Source of the DNA: Octopus bimaculoides
Taxonomy: Eukaryota
Reading direction: 5' to 3'
Length of the DNA: 64,000 bases
Assembly: GCF_001194135.2 (NCBI RefSeq)
Contig: NC_068988.1
Span: forward strand, 28,357,012 to 28,421,011
Part shown: piece by piece, positions 37,658-50,167 of the stretch
Position numbering within the stretch: position 1 is the first letter of the stretch
Layout of the letters: each line of letters opens with the position of its first letter
Translations under genes and position numbers: made by a program
The notes under the pieces: generated by a model
What the model saw: the letters and a program-made list of their open reading frames with translations, nothing else
Told to the model about the DNA's origin: nothing
Database searches by the model: none

Positions 37658-39082
37658 TCTATATGTGTGTGTGTATGTATGTATGTATGTATGTATAAAA
37701 CACTTTAAAACAAAGACACATTAACAAGTATACTATTACTCACAATTCAGCAATCATGAACACATACATACACATGTATGTATGTATGTATGTACGTATG
37801 TACGTACGTATCTATGCATGTATGTATGTACGTATGTACGTACGTATCTATGCATGTATGTATGTATGCATGCATGTATGTATGTATGCATGTATGCATG
37901 TATTATGTATGTATGTATGTATGTATGCATGCATGTATGTGTGTGTGTCTGTAGTAGTGCCGACTTATTCAATGCATAAACAAAACAAAACAAACAAAAC
38001 AGACATCTATGAAAATAATATAGAAAGGACACATTTACAAAGTAAACAGATATATTACTCATGTGTAAACATACACATTCTTAAACACAACAAACACTCA
38101 TAAAATAAAGACAATTTTTTTTAATGTACATAAACAGGAAGATTGAATACCGGACCCACCAAACATCATTGCTGCCTGCATATGTGTGTGTGATTACATA
38201 TCTAATTTTATAGTTTCTTTCATTAAAAGAAGGAAGGAAAATGGTAAATGAGAAAATATTAGAAAATCAAACATTACAAACTTTAATTTGAAAAATTAAA
38301 GAACGGAAGGGCAGCATTTGACTTTTTCGACTGAAATGTTTTTTTTTTTTAACCCAGTATTTACACGCTGTTGTTTAAAGTTGTATGGACTTCGAGGTCC
38401 ACTGCTCCAATATATATATATATATANNNNNNNNNNNNNNNNNNNNNNNNNNNNNNNNNNNNNNNNNNNNNNNNNNNNNNNNNNNNNNNNNNNNNNNNNN
38501 NNNNNNNNNNNNNNNNNNNNNNNNNNNNNNNNNNNNNNNNNNNNNNNNNNNNNNNNNNNNNNNNNNNNNNNNNNNNNNNNNNNNNNNNNNNNNNNNNNNN
38601 NNNNNNNNNNNNNNNNNNNNNNNNNNNNNNNNNNNNNNNNNNNNNNNNNNNNNNNNNNNNNNNNNNNNNNNNNNNNNNNNNNNNNNNNNNNNNNNNNNNN
38701 NNNNNNNNNNNNNNNNNNNNNNNNNNNNNNNNNNNNNNNNNNNNNNNNNNNNNNNNNNNNNNNNNNNNATGACTGTGGAATTATTGAAAATATTGGAAAG
38801 TGAGCTATGGGGTATTTTCATTTGACAACTGAGTTTCACTTGAGGTTACATCAATTGAAGACAATCTTGTGGGGTGGAAATACTTACAGACTGAGCATAG
38901 CAAGACATTGACATAGAAAATAAAGAAGGTTAAATAATAAAAAAAAAGTTTGGTCAACTTCGATGGAATAATTTGGAAAGCGTCGCAAAATGGCGTGAAA
39001 AAAAAAAGAGAAAGAAAAGAGAGAGACATAGAAAAATAAAATAGAAAGAGAGAGAGAGAGAGAAAAAGAGAAAGTTCCTTAC

Positions 39083-39197
39083 CCAAGTTCAATCTTGAAA
39101 CTGAATGAATATCCTTTTCCCAGGACTGGATCCAAGTGCCCCCAGTATGGTCACTGGATGGTAGGCTATGATCTGACGCGTTACCATCCATATTCAT
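39083..39197 (-). CDS. Candidate first coding exon of an unidentified gene (MNMDGNASDHSLPSSDHTGGTWIQSWEKDIHSVSRLNL, phase-1 donor)
   Basis: Non-repetitive, CpG-containing sequence ~400 bp downstream of CRE/CCAAT motifs, ending at G|GTAAGG followed by CT-rich sequence. No homology recognised; it could be a non-coding exon. Confidence 0.35.
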
Positions 39198-39596
39198 CAA
39201 CTTTCTAACAGCGCCCACTGCAACAGTTGTGGCAGTTGGTAGGAACGTTTAGCCATGTTGTTGGCACTAACATAACGGAACTCTGCTACTACACCCCTCT
39301 ACAAGACAGCTTCCAGTGAACAAAGCGCTCATCTCCCCAGCGCCTTCGCTACTTTGCCAACTGCCACAAACTGTAGTTTTCCTTTCCCCCACCAAACTTT
39401 CTGCGAGTGTTTAACTAAATTTACAATCTGTCGAGATGACAATGCTTATATCAAATCTACTTATTTCTGTTTTTTTTACTGATTCTTTTTAGTCGTACAC
39501 AACTTTTAATGTCGGTGCTGTTGATGTTTGTTTAAAGTTTGTCGTCTTTGCTATGATGGAACCTTGTTTGTGTGAAAGAAAGTTAGCAGAAGAGAG

Positions 39597-39627
39597 TGAC
39601 GTCATCGGGCCGTTGATCTGCGATTGG
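39597..39627 (-). promoter_or_regulatory. Promoter-like CRE palindrome plus CCAAT box
   Basis: TGACGTCA at 39597-39604 and GACCAATCG on the minus strand (ATTGG at 39623-39627), within a locally CpG-rich unique segment (~39150-39800). Confidence 0.5.
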
Positions 39628-40480
39628 TCGCCAACATAACTTGTTGAAGTCACCAGAGTTTGGCTATTTTTGTCAGACTTTTTCCTCGATCGATAATAAC
39701 GAAGAACTACTTTGGCATTAAAGGTTTTCATTTATTATTCATGTCTTTTTTTTTTTTTTCATGAGCGAATACTATAACAATTATCCAAGTGTAACGAGCA
39801 AAACAACGAAAGTAGTGAAATTTATAGCAAAAGCAAACATTGTTTTCCTTTTTACCAATTATACTTGGAAGAACTTGGAATCATACACACGCGCACACAC
39901 GCACACACACGCATATATACTACTGACAAACATACACGCACACACGTCATTATATATTTGCATATATGTATGTAAATATATATATGCATGTNNNNNNNNN
40001 NNNNNNNNNNNNNNNNNNNNNNNNNNNNNNNNNNNNNNNNNNNNNNNNNNNNNNNNNNNNNNNNNNNNNNNNNNNNNNNNNNNNNNNNNNNNNNNNNNNN
40101 NNNNNNNNNNNNNNNNNNNNNNNNNNNNNNNNNNNNNNNNNNNNNNNNNNNNNNNNNNNNNNNNNNNNNNNNNNNNNNNNNNNNNNNNNNNNNNNNNNNN
40201 NNNNNNNNNNNNNNNNNNNNNNNNNNNNNNNNNNNNNNNNNNNNNNNNNNNNNNNNNNNNNNNNNNNNNNNNNNNNNNNNNNNNNNNNNNNNNNNNNNNN
40301 NNNNNNNNNNNNNNNNNNNNNNNNNNNNNNNNNNNNNNNNNNNNNNNNNNNNNNNNNNNNNNNNNNNNNNNNNNNNNNNNNNNNNNNNNNNNNNNNNNNN
40401 NNNNNNNNNNNNNNNNNNNNNNNNNNNNNNNNNNNNNNNNNNNNNNNNNNNNNNNNNNNNNNNNNNNNNNNNNNNNNNNN

Positions 40481-40523
<43 letters not shown>

Positions 40524-41013
40524 TTATATATGTGACTAACCAGACTATCAGATGTTGTTATACATCGCTGGTCACAATGCACTTTGCATTGTTTTAGTCT
40601 TTCAATGATGCCTCCCACCCACTGGCCAGGTGAGCAGGCCAAAATTGCCCCATGATCGAAAGGAGGACTGGGGCAATGTGAAATGAAGTGTTTTAGTGTT
40701 TTGCTCAAGAACACAATGTGCTGCCCAGTCTGGGAATTGAACCTAAGAACTAGTGATCGTGAGTGCAACAGCCTAACCACAAGGCCAAGCACCTTCACTA
40801 GTAACTAGGCATATAACTGCATTGTTAAGAAGCTTGCTATGCACCCATGTGGTTTCAAGTTAAGTCCCGTTCTGCAGCACCATGGGTAGGTATCTTTTAC
40901 TGTAGCCCCTTGGCCAAAAATGCTTTGTGAATGAATGTGGTAGATGGAAACTATGCAGAAACCTGTTTTATACATGTACACACACACACACACACACACA
41001 AACACATATAATA

Positions 41014-41175
41014 CAGGCACAGTGGCTGTGTGGTAAGTCGCTTGCTTACCAACCACATGGTTCCGGGTTCAGTCCCACTGTGTGGCACCTAGGGCAAGTG
41101 TCTTCTACTATAGCCTCGGGTCAACCAAAGCCTTGTGACTGGATTTGGCAGATGAAGACTGAAAGAAGCCCGTCG

Positions 41176-41264
<89 letters not shown>

Positions 41265-41310
41265 ATGTTTGTGTGTCTGTGTTTGTCCCCCCACCCCACC
41301 ATCACTTGAC
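41014..41310 (+). mobile_element. SINE family A, low-divergence head, internal (AT)n, 3' truncated
   Basis: GGCACAGTGGCTGTGTGGTAAGTCGCTTGCTTACCAACCACATGGTTCCGGGTTCAGTCCC. An older copy lies directly upstream (40806-41000). Confidence 0.85.
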
Positions 41311-41995
41311 ACTTTTGAACATTGGTTTGTTTAGTCCAAGCTGACCCAAGGTTAAACAACAACAAACACATGCCTTGCCATTACATTGGTGCAACTTCTT
41401 GCTGTTGATTATAGTGGCATCATGCTGGAAACAGAATCCATTTGAAATAACTTTCCCATTACTGGCCCAACCTAATTTTAAAGTAATTTAAGGAACAGGC
41501 ATTAATCACTTACTTTAGCAAGTTATTTCTACCAATGAAAATATTATTTTCTCTTGTCGGCACTTTCATATTCAATTCCATTTTGTCTAACGATAAAAAC
41601 ATAATATAATTGTAAAGTAAATCTATACAAAATTATGCAAATAAGCTCATGTCAAACAGGAGTTGTAACTGACAGAATGAATTAAGTGTCAGCGTTTAGC
41701 TGAAGGCTTCTTGTTGGTTTCGTTTGTATTCTGTCATTGGCCCTGTGAAGTGTTTTGTGTGTGTGTGTGTGTGTTAAAGTCACTTAATTCTTTGGTAAAC
41801 TAGGTGTTCACATACTTAATCTAGAGAGCAAAGAAATAGGAATTAATTAAAAGTACACTTTTAATTGATTATAGAAGGGGAAAAATTCATTAGCTTAATG
41901 ATTAATTCTGGTAAAGAAAGGCAAGGGAAAAAAATCCTAACCTCATTTTTTTATCGTTCATCATCATTTTTGCATCTACCTTTCTAAGCTGACAT

Positions 41996-42033
41996 TAGTT
42001 GTAAGTATCCCCGCCAGACTGGGGTTCAATTCC
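41996..42033 (+). pseudogene. tRNA-Asp(GTC)-derived fragment lacking 11 nt of the anticodon arm
   Basis: TAGTTGTAAGTATCCCCGCC^AGACTGGGGTTCAATTCC versus metazoan tRNA-Asp ..TAGTGGT(G/T/A)AGTATCCCCGCC-TGTCACGCGGG-AGACCGGGGTTC(G/A)ATTCC (recalled). Confidence 0.75.
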
Positions 42034-42290
42034 TTGTGCAGGTGTCACATAAAAAAGTAACTGTGCTGGTTCCACATAAAAGGCACCCATGCTGGTACCA
42101 CATAAAAAGTACCCTATATATATGCTGTAAAGTGGTTGGCATTGAGAAGGGCATCCAACCACAGAAACCATGCCAAAACAGACAATTAGAGCTTGGTGGA
42201 GCTCTCTGGCTTGCCAGCTCCTGTCAAACCCTCCAACCCATGCCAGCGTGGAAAATGAACATTAAAGGATGATGATGATGATGATGATGG
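42034..42290 (+). mobile_element. RTE LINE 3' UTR fused directly behind the tRNA-Asp fragment
   Basis: Family 3' UTR units, terminus and (GAT)n tail ending ~42290. Confidence 0.75.
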
Positions 42291-42737
42291 TGGGGACTTA
42301 TTTTCTTAATGATGGTGCCCCAGCATGGCCATAACCTTTGGGATGGAACACATAAAGGAAAATAAACATTGATAGCTGGATAACTTTCGAAAAAATGGCA
42401 ATGGAAAGTGCACACGTTATATTTTTAATTTATTCTAATTAATTAAAATGTGAGGGCTGTCTTTTCTGCCTTTCTAGATTAGAATTGATCATTAAGATAA
42501 TGAGCATTTCGCCGCACCTCACTACAAGAGTAATATGAATTAATTAAAAATTCTTGATTCATTATTTTAAGTATATTTAGCTGTGATCTTATCATTTGTT
42601 TTTCATGCTGAGTGTGTCCCTGGGAGGAATGAGACAACTGGGTGTAGCTGTTTGGACAGTGATAATTTGGCATGGCTGAGTGTACACTCAGATTATTTTA
42701 GTGGCAGTACTTTTTGGTCCTGGATACACATGCACAT

Positions 42738-42773
<36 letters not shown>

Positions 42774-42796
42774 GCGCATGTGTGTGTGTGTGTGTG

Positions 42797-42835
42797 TTGA
42801 ACCCCAGTCTGGCGGGGATACTTACCACTATACTA
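42797..42835 (-). pseudogene. Second tRNA-Asp(GTC)-derived fragment with the identical 11-nt deletion, inverted
   Basis: Minus strand TAGTATAGTGGTAAGTATCCCCGCC^AGACTGGGGTTCAA. 42797-42825 is the exact reverse complement of 42001-42029. Confidence 0.8.
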
Positions 42836-42938
42836 CCAAAAAATAAGGGGTGTTACCTTAGTTCACTGGTTGTGAACAGCTGACACTGTAGTACATCTCC
42901 AGCATTAGAAGCTGTGCAAAGACAATAAAATAATAATA

Positions 42939-42984
<46 letters not shown>

Positions 42985-43269
42985 NNNNNNNNNNNNNNNN
43001 NNNNNNNNNNNNNNNNNNNNNNNNNNNNNNNNNNNNNNNNNNNNNNNNNNNNNNNNNNNNNNNNNNNNNNNNNNNNGGGGGGGTGATAGCCGATTACATC
43101 AACTCCAGTATTCAACTGGTACTTAATTTATTGACCCCAAATGAACGAAAGATAAAGTCAACCACAGCAGAATTTGAACTCAGAACTTAGTGACAGGTGA
43201 AATATCACTAAGCATTTCGCCCAGCATGCTAACAATTTTGCCAGCTCGCCACTTTAATAACAGTAATAA

Positions 43270-43795
43270 TAATGCCCTGACGCAGTATAATGCCCTGATG
43301 CAGTACCAGGCAGTGGCTCTCATGGCTTCTGATCATAATTGATTGGAAGTGTTATCATATAAAAGATGGGCTACAGCAAATATTCTACTCAATATCACAG
43401 ATTTGCTTGTCAGTTGTTTGACCTTAACCAGTTGAGCATGTTCCTTGGTAGCTGACGATATGTGCATCTCTGTTGAGAGGAATTCTTTGGGGTTAGAATA
43501 ATACACCTCTGGAAACATGGGTGTCTTGTTCAACATCCTTAAACAAACCTTATTCAGGGAACTTTTGAATTGGATGGGCTGCTCGACCTGAAGAAAATCC
43601 TAACCAGGCCCCACCTGCAAGGTCATGCACTATTTATCTCGATGTGAAATCACTATGTCACACACTTATGGTTGTGATGCATGTGCCTGGTGTACCTTTA
43701 TCAGAAGAGTAGTCGTGATGGGTATACTGAGCTTCATATATTTTACCCCAGTGTCACTTTGATGGCATGCACTGCTCTCTCACTCAATAATAATA
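43270..43795 (+). mobile_element. Interspersed repeat, probably a LINE 3' end, embedded in (TAA)n
   Basis: Relatively GC-richer segment flanked by AATAATAAT on both sides, with an 18-bp tandem duplication (ATAATGCCCTGAYGCAGT) at the 5' junction. Family identity not established. Confidence 0.4.
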
Positions 43796-43824
43796 AGAAG
43801 AAGAAGAAGAAGAAGAGGAATAAG

Positions 43825-44177
43825 ATCGCTCAGAGAGCGTAAACCTCCACCAAGGCAACACTAACTTTCTCTCAAAGATTAGCCAGAGATGATTTTTAAA
43901 ATGAGAATATCTGAAATAAACTCAACTGCTCTGTCAAACGAGAATATTAAAGATGAACCTGACCACTCTCAACAATTAAATAGAAAAACAGGAAAAAATA
44001 ATCCAGAATCCTTGTCCAGTACTGAATCAATCCCAAAATCTAATTAGTTCGTACTAGTCATAAGGCCAAACATCCCCGAAAGTTTCATCCAAATCTATCC
44101 AGCGGTTCTTGAGATATCTGGTCCACGAACAAACAAACAAACAAACATACAAACATGACTGAAAACAATATCTCAGC
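43825..44177 (+). mobile_element. Helentron-associated non-autonomous element (HINE/DINE-1-like)
   Basis: 5' hairpin CGCTC-AGA-GAGCG, subterminal AACCTCCACCAAGGC, core AAGTTTCATCCAAATCTATCCAGCGGTTCTTGAGATATC, (ACAA)n microsatellite, then AACAATATCTCAGCCTT. Confidence 0.5.
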
Positions 44178-44316
44178 CTTCAAATTATGGCACAAGGCCA
44201 GCAATTTTGGTGGAGTGGGTAAGTCAATTACATTGACCTCAGTGCTCAACTGGTACTTATTTTATTGACCTTGAAAGGGTGAAAGGCAAAGTCAACCTCA
44301 GCAATAATGATAATAA

Positions 44317-44358
<42 letters not shown>

Positions 44359-44391
44359 CACCACCACCACCACCACCACCACCAATAATAA

Positions 44392-44423
<32 letters not shown>

Positions 44424-46942
44424 ATAATAATAATAGTATTAAGCTAATGTCAGAGGTCCAACCCATGCCAATGGAAAGTAGATGTTAAATGATGATGATG
44501 ATGATGATGATGAAATAAAAACTTTCATGTGGTTTCTATGGAAAACACATCAACAGTCACTAGAAGAACATTTGAGCAATTCAACTTATTCTGAAGTATC
44601 TTCCACTCGTAACAACTTATGATACACTACAAAATCTCAGGTTTTGATGTTTATGAATTGTACCACTTTCTTGTAAATTTATATGTTGATGTTCTGAGAG
44701 TTACAACAAAAAGTTCCAAACACGAAATAAGTTTAGAATCCAAGGATCAGTATGGCAAAAGAGTATTTAATAAGTTAGTGACTTAGGGTACCAAATGAAA
44801 TCTGTGTACCATCTGGAAAGTGAGCTTGCTTATTAGAGCAGAAGAGATAACTAGTACTGCAAAAGGAGGATGAAATATGTGCTAATTCTGTTCTCAAATG
44901 ATTACAGCAGTTGAATAGTGTCATAGTTAGAAGAGTTACAGAGGGATGGATGTAAGGAAAATGAAATGTAAGGAATGCTTAATGGAAACAGAGTAGGTGG
45001 AAAGGAAAGACCCAGAATGTACTGGAATAAATCTAATGATTTTAGGAACTCACTTTTGCTGGGACGGACAGGTCTTTTCAAGCACAGTGAATTGCCAATC
45101 ATCTAGATTTTTTTGTCATCCCTTCCATGAGGTTCAACATCTTGATACTAACCTTCAGTACATTGTTCCATTTCTTCCTAGGCCTCCCTCTTCTTCATCA
45201 TCATCATCAAGGTGCCATGCAGTGGGACTGAACCCGGAACCATGTGGTTTGTAAGCAAGCTACTTACCACACAGCCACTCCTACACCTAATTTGTATATA
45301 TCTATTTTATTAGAGATGCAAAACAACACCACGGAGGAATTGACATAAGCTTAAATAATAAACTGTGATAGGTGAACCACAATACAGCAAGGGATTACTG
45401 TATCCTGGTTACAGTTCACAGATGACATCTTGTTTGTCTGAGAAGGAATACAGAATAGTTTATTTAAGTTTTTGTATTTCTATGACAGCTTCCCACGTAA
45501 CTATGGCTTCGAGTCCAGCAATAAAATTCATCAAGTTTTCCAATAAAGCAACATCAATTTTTTTAACACAAAAATGAAACTTTTGAAATGCCACATAGTG
45601 GCAGTTATTTTGCTAACCCATGTCATCCCGCACTTAACTTCACTGCTTCTCCAATCATCCATATCATGCAGTTAAGTCAAATCCAAAGCCCCAGTTCTTG
45701 AGAATAAAACAAATTGGTACTGACACAGGAGTTTATTGGACACATGCGAATGATTTTTCTGTGCCATTATGTCAAACATTGTTATAGTGAGTCACAATTT
45801 TAAGAAATTGCAAATGACAAAGCTGAAATTAGCAATGAAAGTCAAACTTTCATGACTAATTATAGCAATCAAAGTAAAATTTATGGCTGAATTCCTTTGG
45901 TGATTAACTGGCACAAAAATTTCACTGGCACCAAAATTTCAATGGTATTTCAAAATACTGCATGAAAATTACCAACATATTTCAGATGGGTTCATTCCCA
46001 CTGTGTGACACCTTGGGCAAGTGTCTTCTACTATAGCCTTGGGCCGACCAAAGCCTTGTGAGTGGATTTGGTAGACGGAAACTGAAAGAAGCCCATCGTA
46101 TATATATGTATGTATGTGTGTGTATATGTTTGTGTGTGTGTGTGTNNNNNNNNNNNNNNNNNNNNNNNNNNNNNNNNNNNNNNNNNNNNNNNNNNNNNNN
46201 NNNNNNNNNNNNNNNNNNNNNNNNNNNNNNNNNNNNNNNNNNNNNNNNNNNNNNNNNNNNNNNNNNNNNNNNNNNNNNNNNNNNNNNNNNNNNNNNNNNN
46301 NNNNNNNNATATATATATATATGTATGTATGTGTGTGTATATGTTTGTGTGTGTGTGTGTGTGTGATGATGATTGCCTCATCTTGTCAGATGATAGCCAT
46401 CTCACATTTGGCCTAATTCTTAAATGGTAGCAAGACATCTGTACATCATTGGATATAAGTGACAAAATCTTGCACAACACCTTTGCCACTCTCTCAGTTA
46501 CCATAATAAGTTCCAGTGACAAGCATTGCAAGACGACTGTACTATTTTGACTGCAAGTTTCATGTCTGAGTATTTTTTTTCCCACAAGATCTGCTTCCCC
46601 CACAGCTTTGTCAAAGATAAAAGGCACCTCTTCTACTCCTGGGCCATTTATTTAACCCATAGATTGGACCCTGGCAGTTACTACCATTCTGGGTCAGGAT
46701 GGACCTGGGAGTAATGGTAATTAAGGGGTGATGAGGAAGAAAAATATTGTTTAAATAAACAGATATTTAAATTTTTTCCAGGTTGCCTTAAAAAATGATT
46801 TTGGCAAAATTTATACATTATCTAAACACCAAGCAGAGACAGGAATTAGAATAGATTAATGGCATTTATCTCCTACACCAAATTTATATTAGTCTATGTG
46901 TATATATATATATAAATACTCAAATATATACACCCCACCACC

Positions 46943-47007
<65 letters not shown>

Positions 47008-50000
47008 GCAATGTAGCTGGTGAACAGGGCAGTAAGTTTACTGTTCTTTTCTTAGGTATATATTTCCTGCTTGGTAGTTTACTTAGAGTGGATCTGTGCG
47101 ATACAGAAAGGAACAGAGTTCAACCCAGTGGTTGTTAATTGAGCCATCTACATGTCGATGGATCTTATTACTAGTTCAAGGCTTCATTTAGTTGGTAGCC
47201 TTGTGTTCCTTGCAGATAACAACTTGTGTTTTTCTTTGGGTTTGTCCCAATCAAGATGAAACTGTAAACTTTCAGTTTATTTGTAAGTAGCAAAATAAAA
47301 ACATTTTTCCTTTTCAGAAGTACGAATCAAATTGAAAAGTAGATGGCGTTTAGGCGGAAAGGAAATATTTCATAAATAAGCAGAACACTTTTCTTCTGAG
47401 ACACATATATTTACCAATCAGTCTATTGAGTTTTCAGAAAAAAAGGAAGTCATGAGATTCCACAGTATCTAATAATGTACTGAAAGGAAAATGTTTGAAG
47501 AATCAAGTTTCAAATTAGTTGCATGTGTTACTAGTTTTTCTCTGGTCAGAACTTAAATAGCCATCTATGAATAAATCTATGAATCTGTAGGAACATGTGC
47601 TACAGTGTATGTGTGTGAGGGGGAGAAGGAGAGAGAAAGAGGGAGAGAGGGAAAGAGGGAGAGAGGAAGAGAGTGTGTATTTGTATGTTCATGTCTGTGT
47701 CTGTGAAATTATGTAATTTCAACATTAAAAATAATTAAATGGTTCTGGGTTTAAAATTAGTTTACTTTGGGCTTAGAAAACCAAGGTCAATTGCAATTAA
47801 AAAACTGAATTTAGCTATTCATAAAGCTTGTAAAACGATTACTGGCTCTCAGAAATAGCTGAATGAATTGATCGGGATTTGTTAAATAGAAATAAGTGGA
47901 TAAACTTCTCTAATATTTTGAAGCCATCTTATCTTGATGTTAAAGAAACAGATATAGTCTAAAAAAAAAAAAAATTAAGCTAATTCCACCCACGAGTAAT
48001 GTGTCAGTTATTTATGAGGAAATAATGAGTTAATTATACAGGCACAGGCATGGTTGTGTAGGTAAGAAGCTTGCCCTGCAATCATGTGGCTTGGGGTTCA
48101 GTTCCACTGTGTGGCACTTCGGTCAATTTGTTCAACTAAATCTTTCAATGTGGTGCCCCAGCATTGCCAACTAGAATGACTGAAACAAGTGAAAGATAAA
48201 AGGTATACAATAAACAATACAATATATATATAAGTACTGGGATTGAGTCATTTGACTAAAATTCTTCAGGGTGATGCTCCAGCATGACCACAGTCTAACG
48301 ACTGAAACAAGTAAAAGACAAAAGATATACACAGTGTATATTCTGCATCATTAGTCATCCCTTGTTCACTAAATCCACCATCCAACTCAATTCAATCTTT
48401 ACAGCTGTCCCCTACCTTCCCTCCCCTCACCCATTCCCCATGTCCTACTCCCCCCACACACTCTTGCAACCTCGACCCACCCACACTCCTGGGTCCTCAG
48501 TCCCCAACCACTTCTCATCTCATACTTCTAAGGTCCACCCAGACACTTCATCACTTCTATTCATTGCTTTCCAGTTCCTCCTCTCATCACCCATTCTCTC
48601 TTCTAAAATGTCAGTAGTCATGTAATCCCTCAACAGCATCAAACACGGTTCTCAGCCAAGGTCCAAATGACCCTTGGGGGTCCCCATAAGATTTTGTTGT
48701 TAAAATTGGTCATACTTCCACAATACACAAAATATTAAAACTTTGATTTATACAATTCCTAATAATATTTAACTATCATCATCATCGTTTAATGTCCATT
48801 TTCCATACTGGCATGGGTTGGACAGTTAAACAGGAGCTGGTCAGCCGAGGGGGCTGTCCAGACTCCAACTGCCTGTTGTGGCATGGTTTCTACGGTTTCC
48901 CAATGCATATATATATTCATATATATATATATATATATATATATTCACTCGACTAAAAATTCAAGGCAGTGCCCCAGCATGGGCGCAGTCTAATGACTGA
49001 AACAGGTAATATTTTCCCCATGGCCAGACATGTTTTCACAGAATATTGGAAATGAACAACACTGCTTATATGACAGTGAAACTCGTTTACAACTCTCATG
49101 TGATGTCAAGTGAGATACTAATATACACACATCTACACATACATGTATATACAATAGGCTGTTTTCAGTTTCCATCTACCACATCCACTTACAAGGCTTT
49201 TGTTGATCTGGGGCTATAGCAGAAAACACTTGCCCAAGGTGCTGTGCAATGGGACAGAACCTGAAGCCATGAGGTTAGGAAGCAACTTCTTAACCACACA
49301 GTCACACCTGCACCAATACATGAAAAATAATTCCTTCTATTTTGTCATTTAAATCACGGAGATAGAAAAATAATTCAAGCAAGAAATGGAAAATATAGAT
49401 TTTGCGAACTATTTGATTATAATCAGTTCAATGCCAGATTATTTATTGCATCAGCCTGGTTGTCATTTTTGGAAGGAGCTCTACAGTTGTTACAGCTTAA
49501 ATCGAAATTGTTTCTCTATGCAAATCTATTGTTTTCCATTACTTCTTGCAGCCACTTTATTCCACCACCATTTGCTTCTCCACCTCTGCTCACTCTACCA
49601 TCATCATCTCAATCATTATTACGACTCTTGCCACAGCTGTCACTACAAGCCATTTGTTGCTTTAACCAAAGCCATTCACAGACACAGTCCCCTAACATCA
49701 CTACCACTCCAACCTTCACAGAAATCAACACCACCGCCATTACCAACACCAACACCACCACCACAACATACACTAATACCATCACTACCTACTACGCCAC
49801 CTTCACAAACTTGCCCACCACCCTCCATCTTTGCTGCTGTCTATTTTCCTATAGTGACATGATTTACAGATATTTGCCTATATGCTCCAAATGTACATAC
49901 AGTAGTATAGGTCAGAGTTGATCTCAAAATAATTTTGGCAGTATTCTGAACAGCAGAGCATGCACATATGTATGCATGTGTGTGTGTGTGTGTTTGTGTG

Positions 50001-50094
50001 TGTGTTGTTCAAGATACATTATATATACATATATATATATACACACACACACACATATATATATATATNNNNNNNNNNATATATATGTATATAG

Positions 50095-50129
<35 letters not shown>

Positions 50130-50167
50130 CACATACGTACAAACATGTGTATGTATGTTAGTGCTGA

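Noticed and set aside
46090-46365. Direct duplication of TATATATGTATGTATGTGTGTGTATATGTTTGTGTGTG on both sides of the gap
   Set aside because: Most likely an unmerged contig overlap (assembly artefact), not a biological duplication.
46380-46627. Minus-strand ORF faintly resembling an RT segment (LSLELIMVTERVAKVL)
   Set aside because: No catalytic motif and too little similarity to call.
49386-49921. Two ORFs over 150 aa rich in H/P/T
   Set aside because: They derive from a decayed (CAC/CAT/ACT)n trinucleotide tract.
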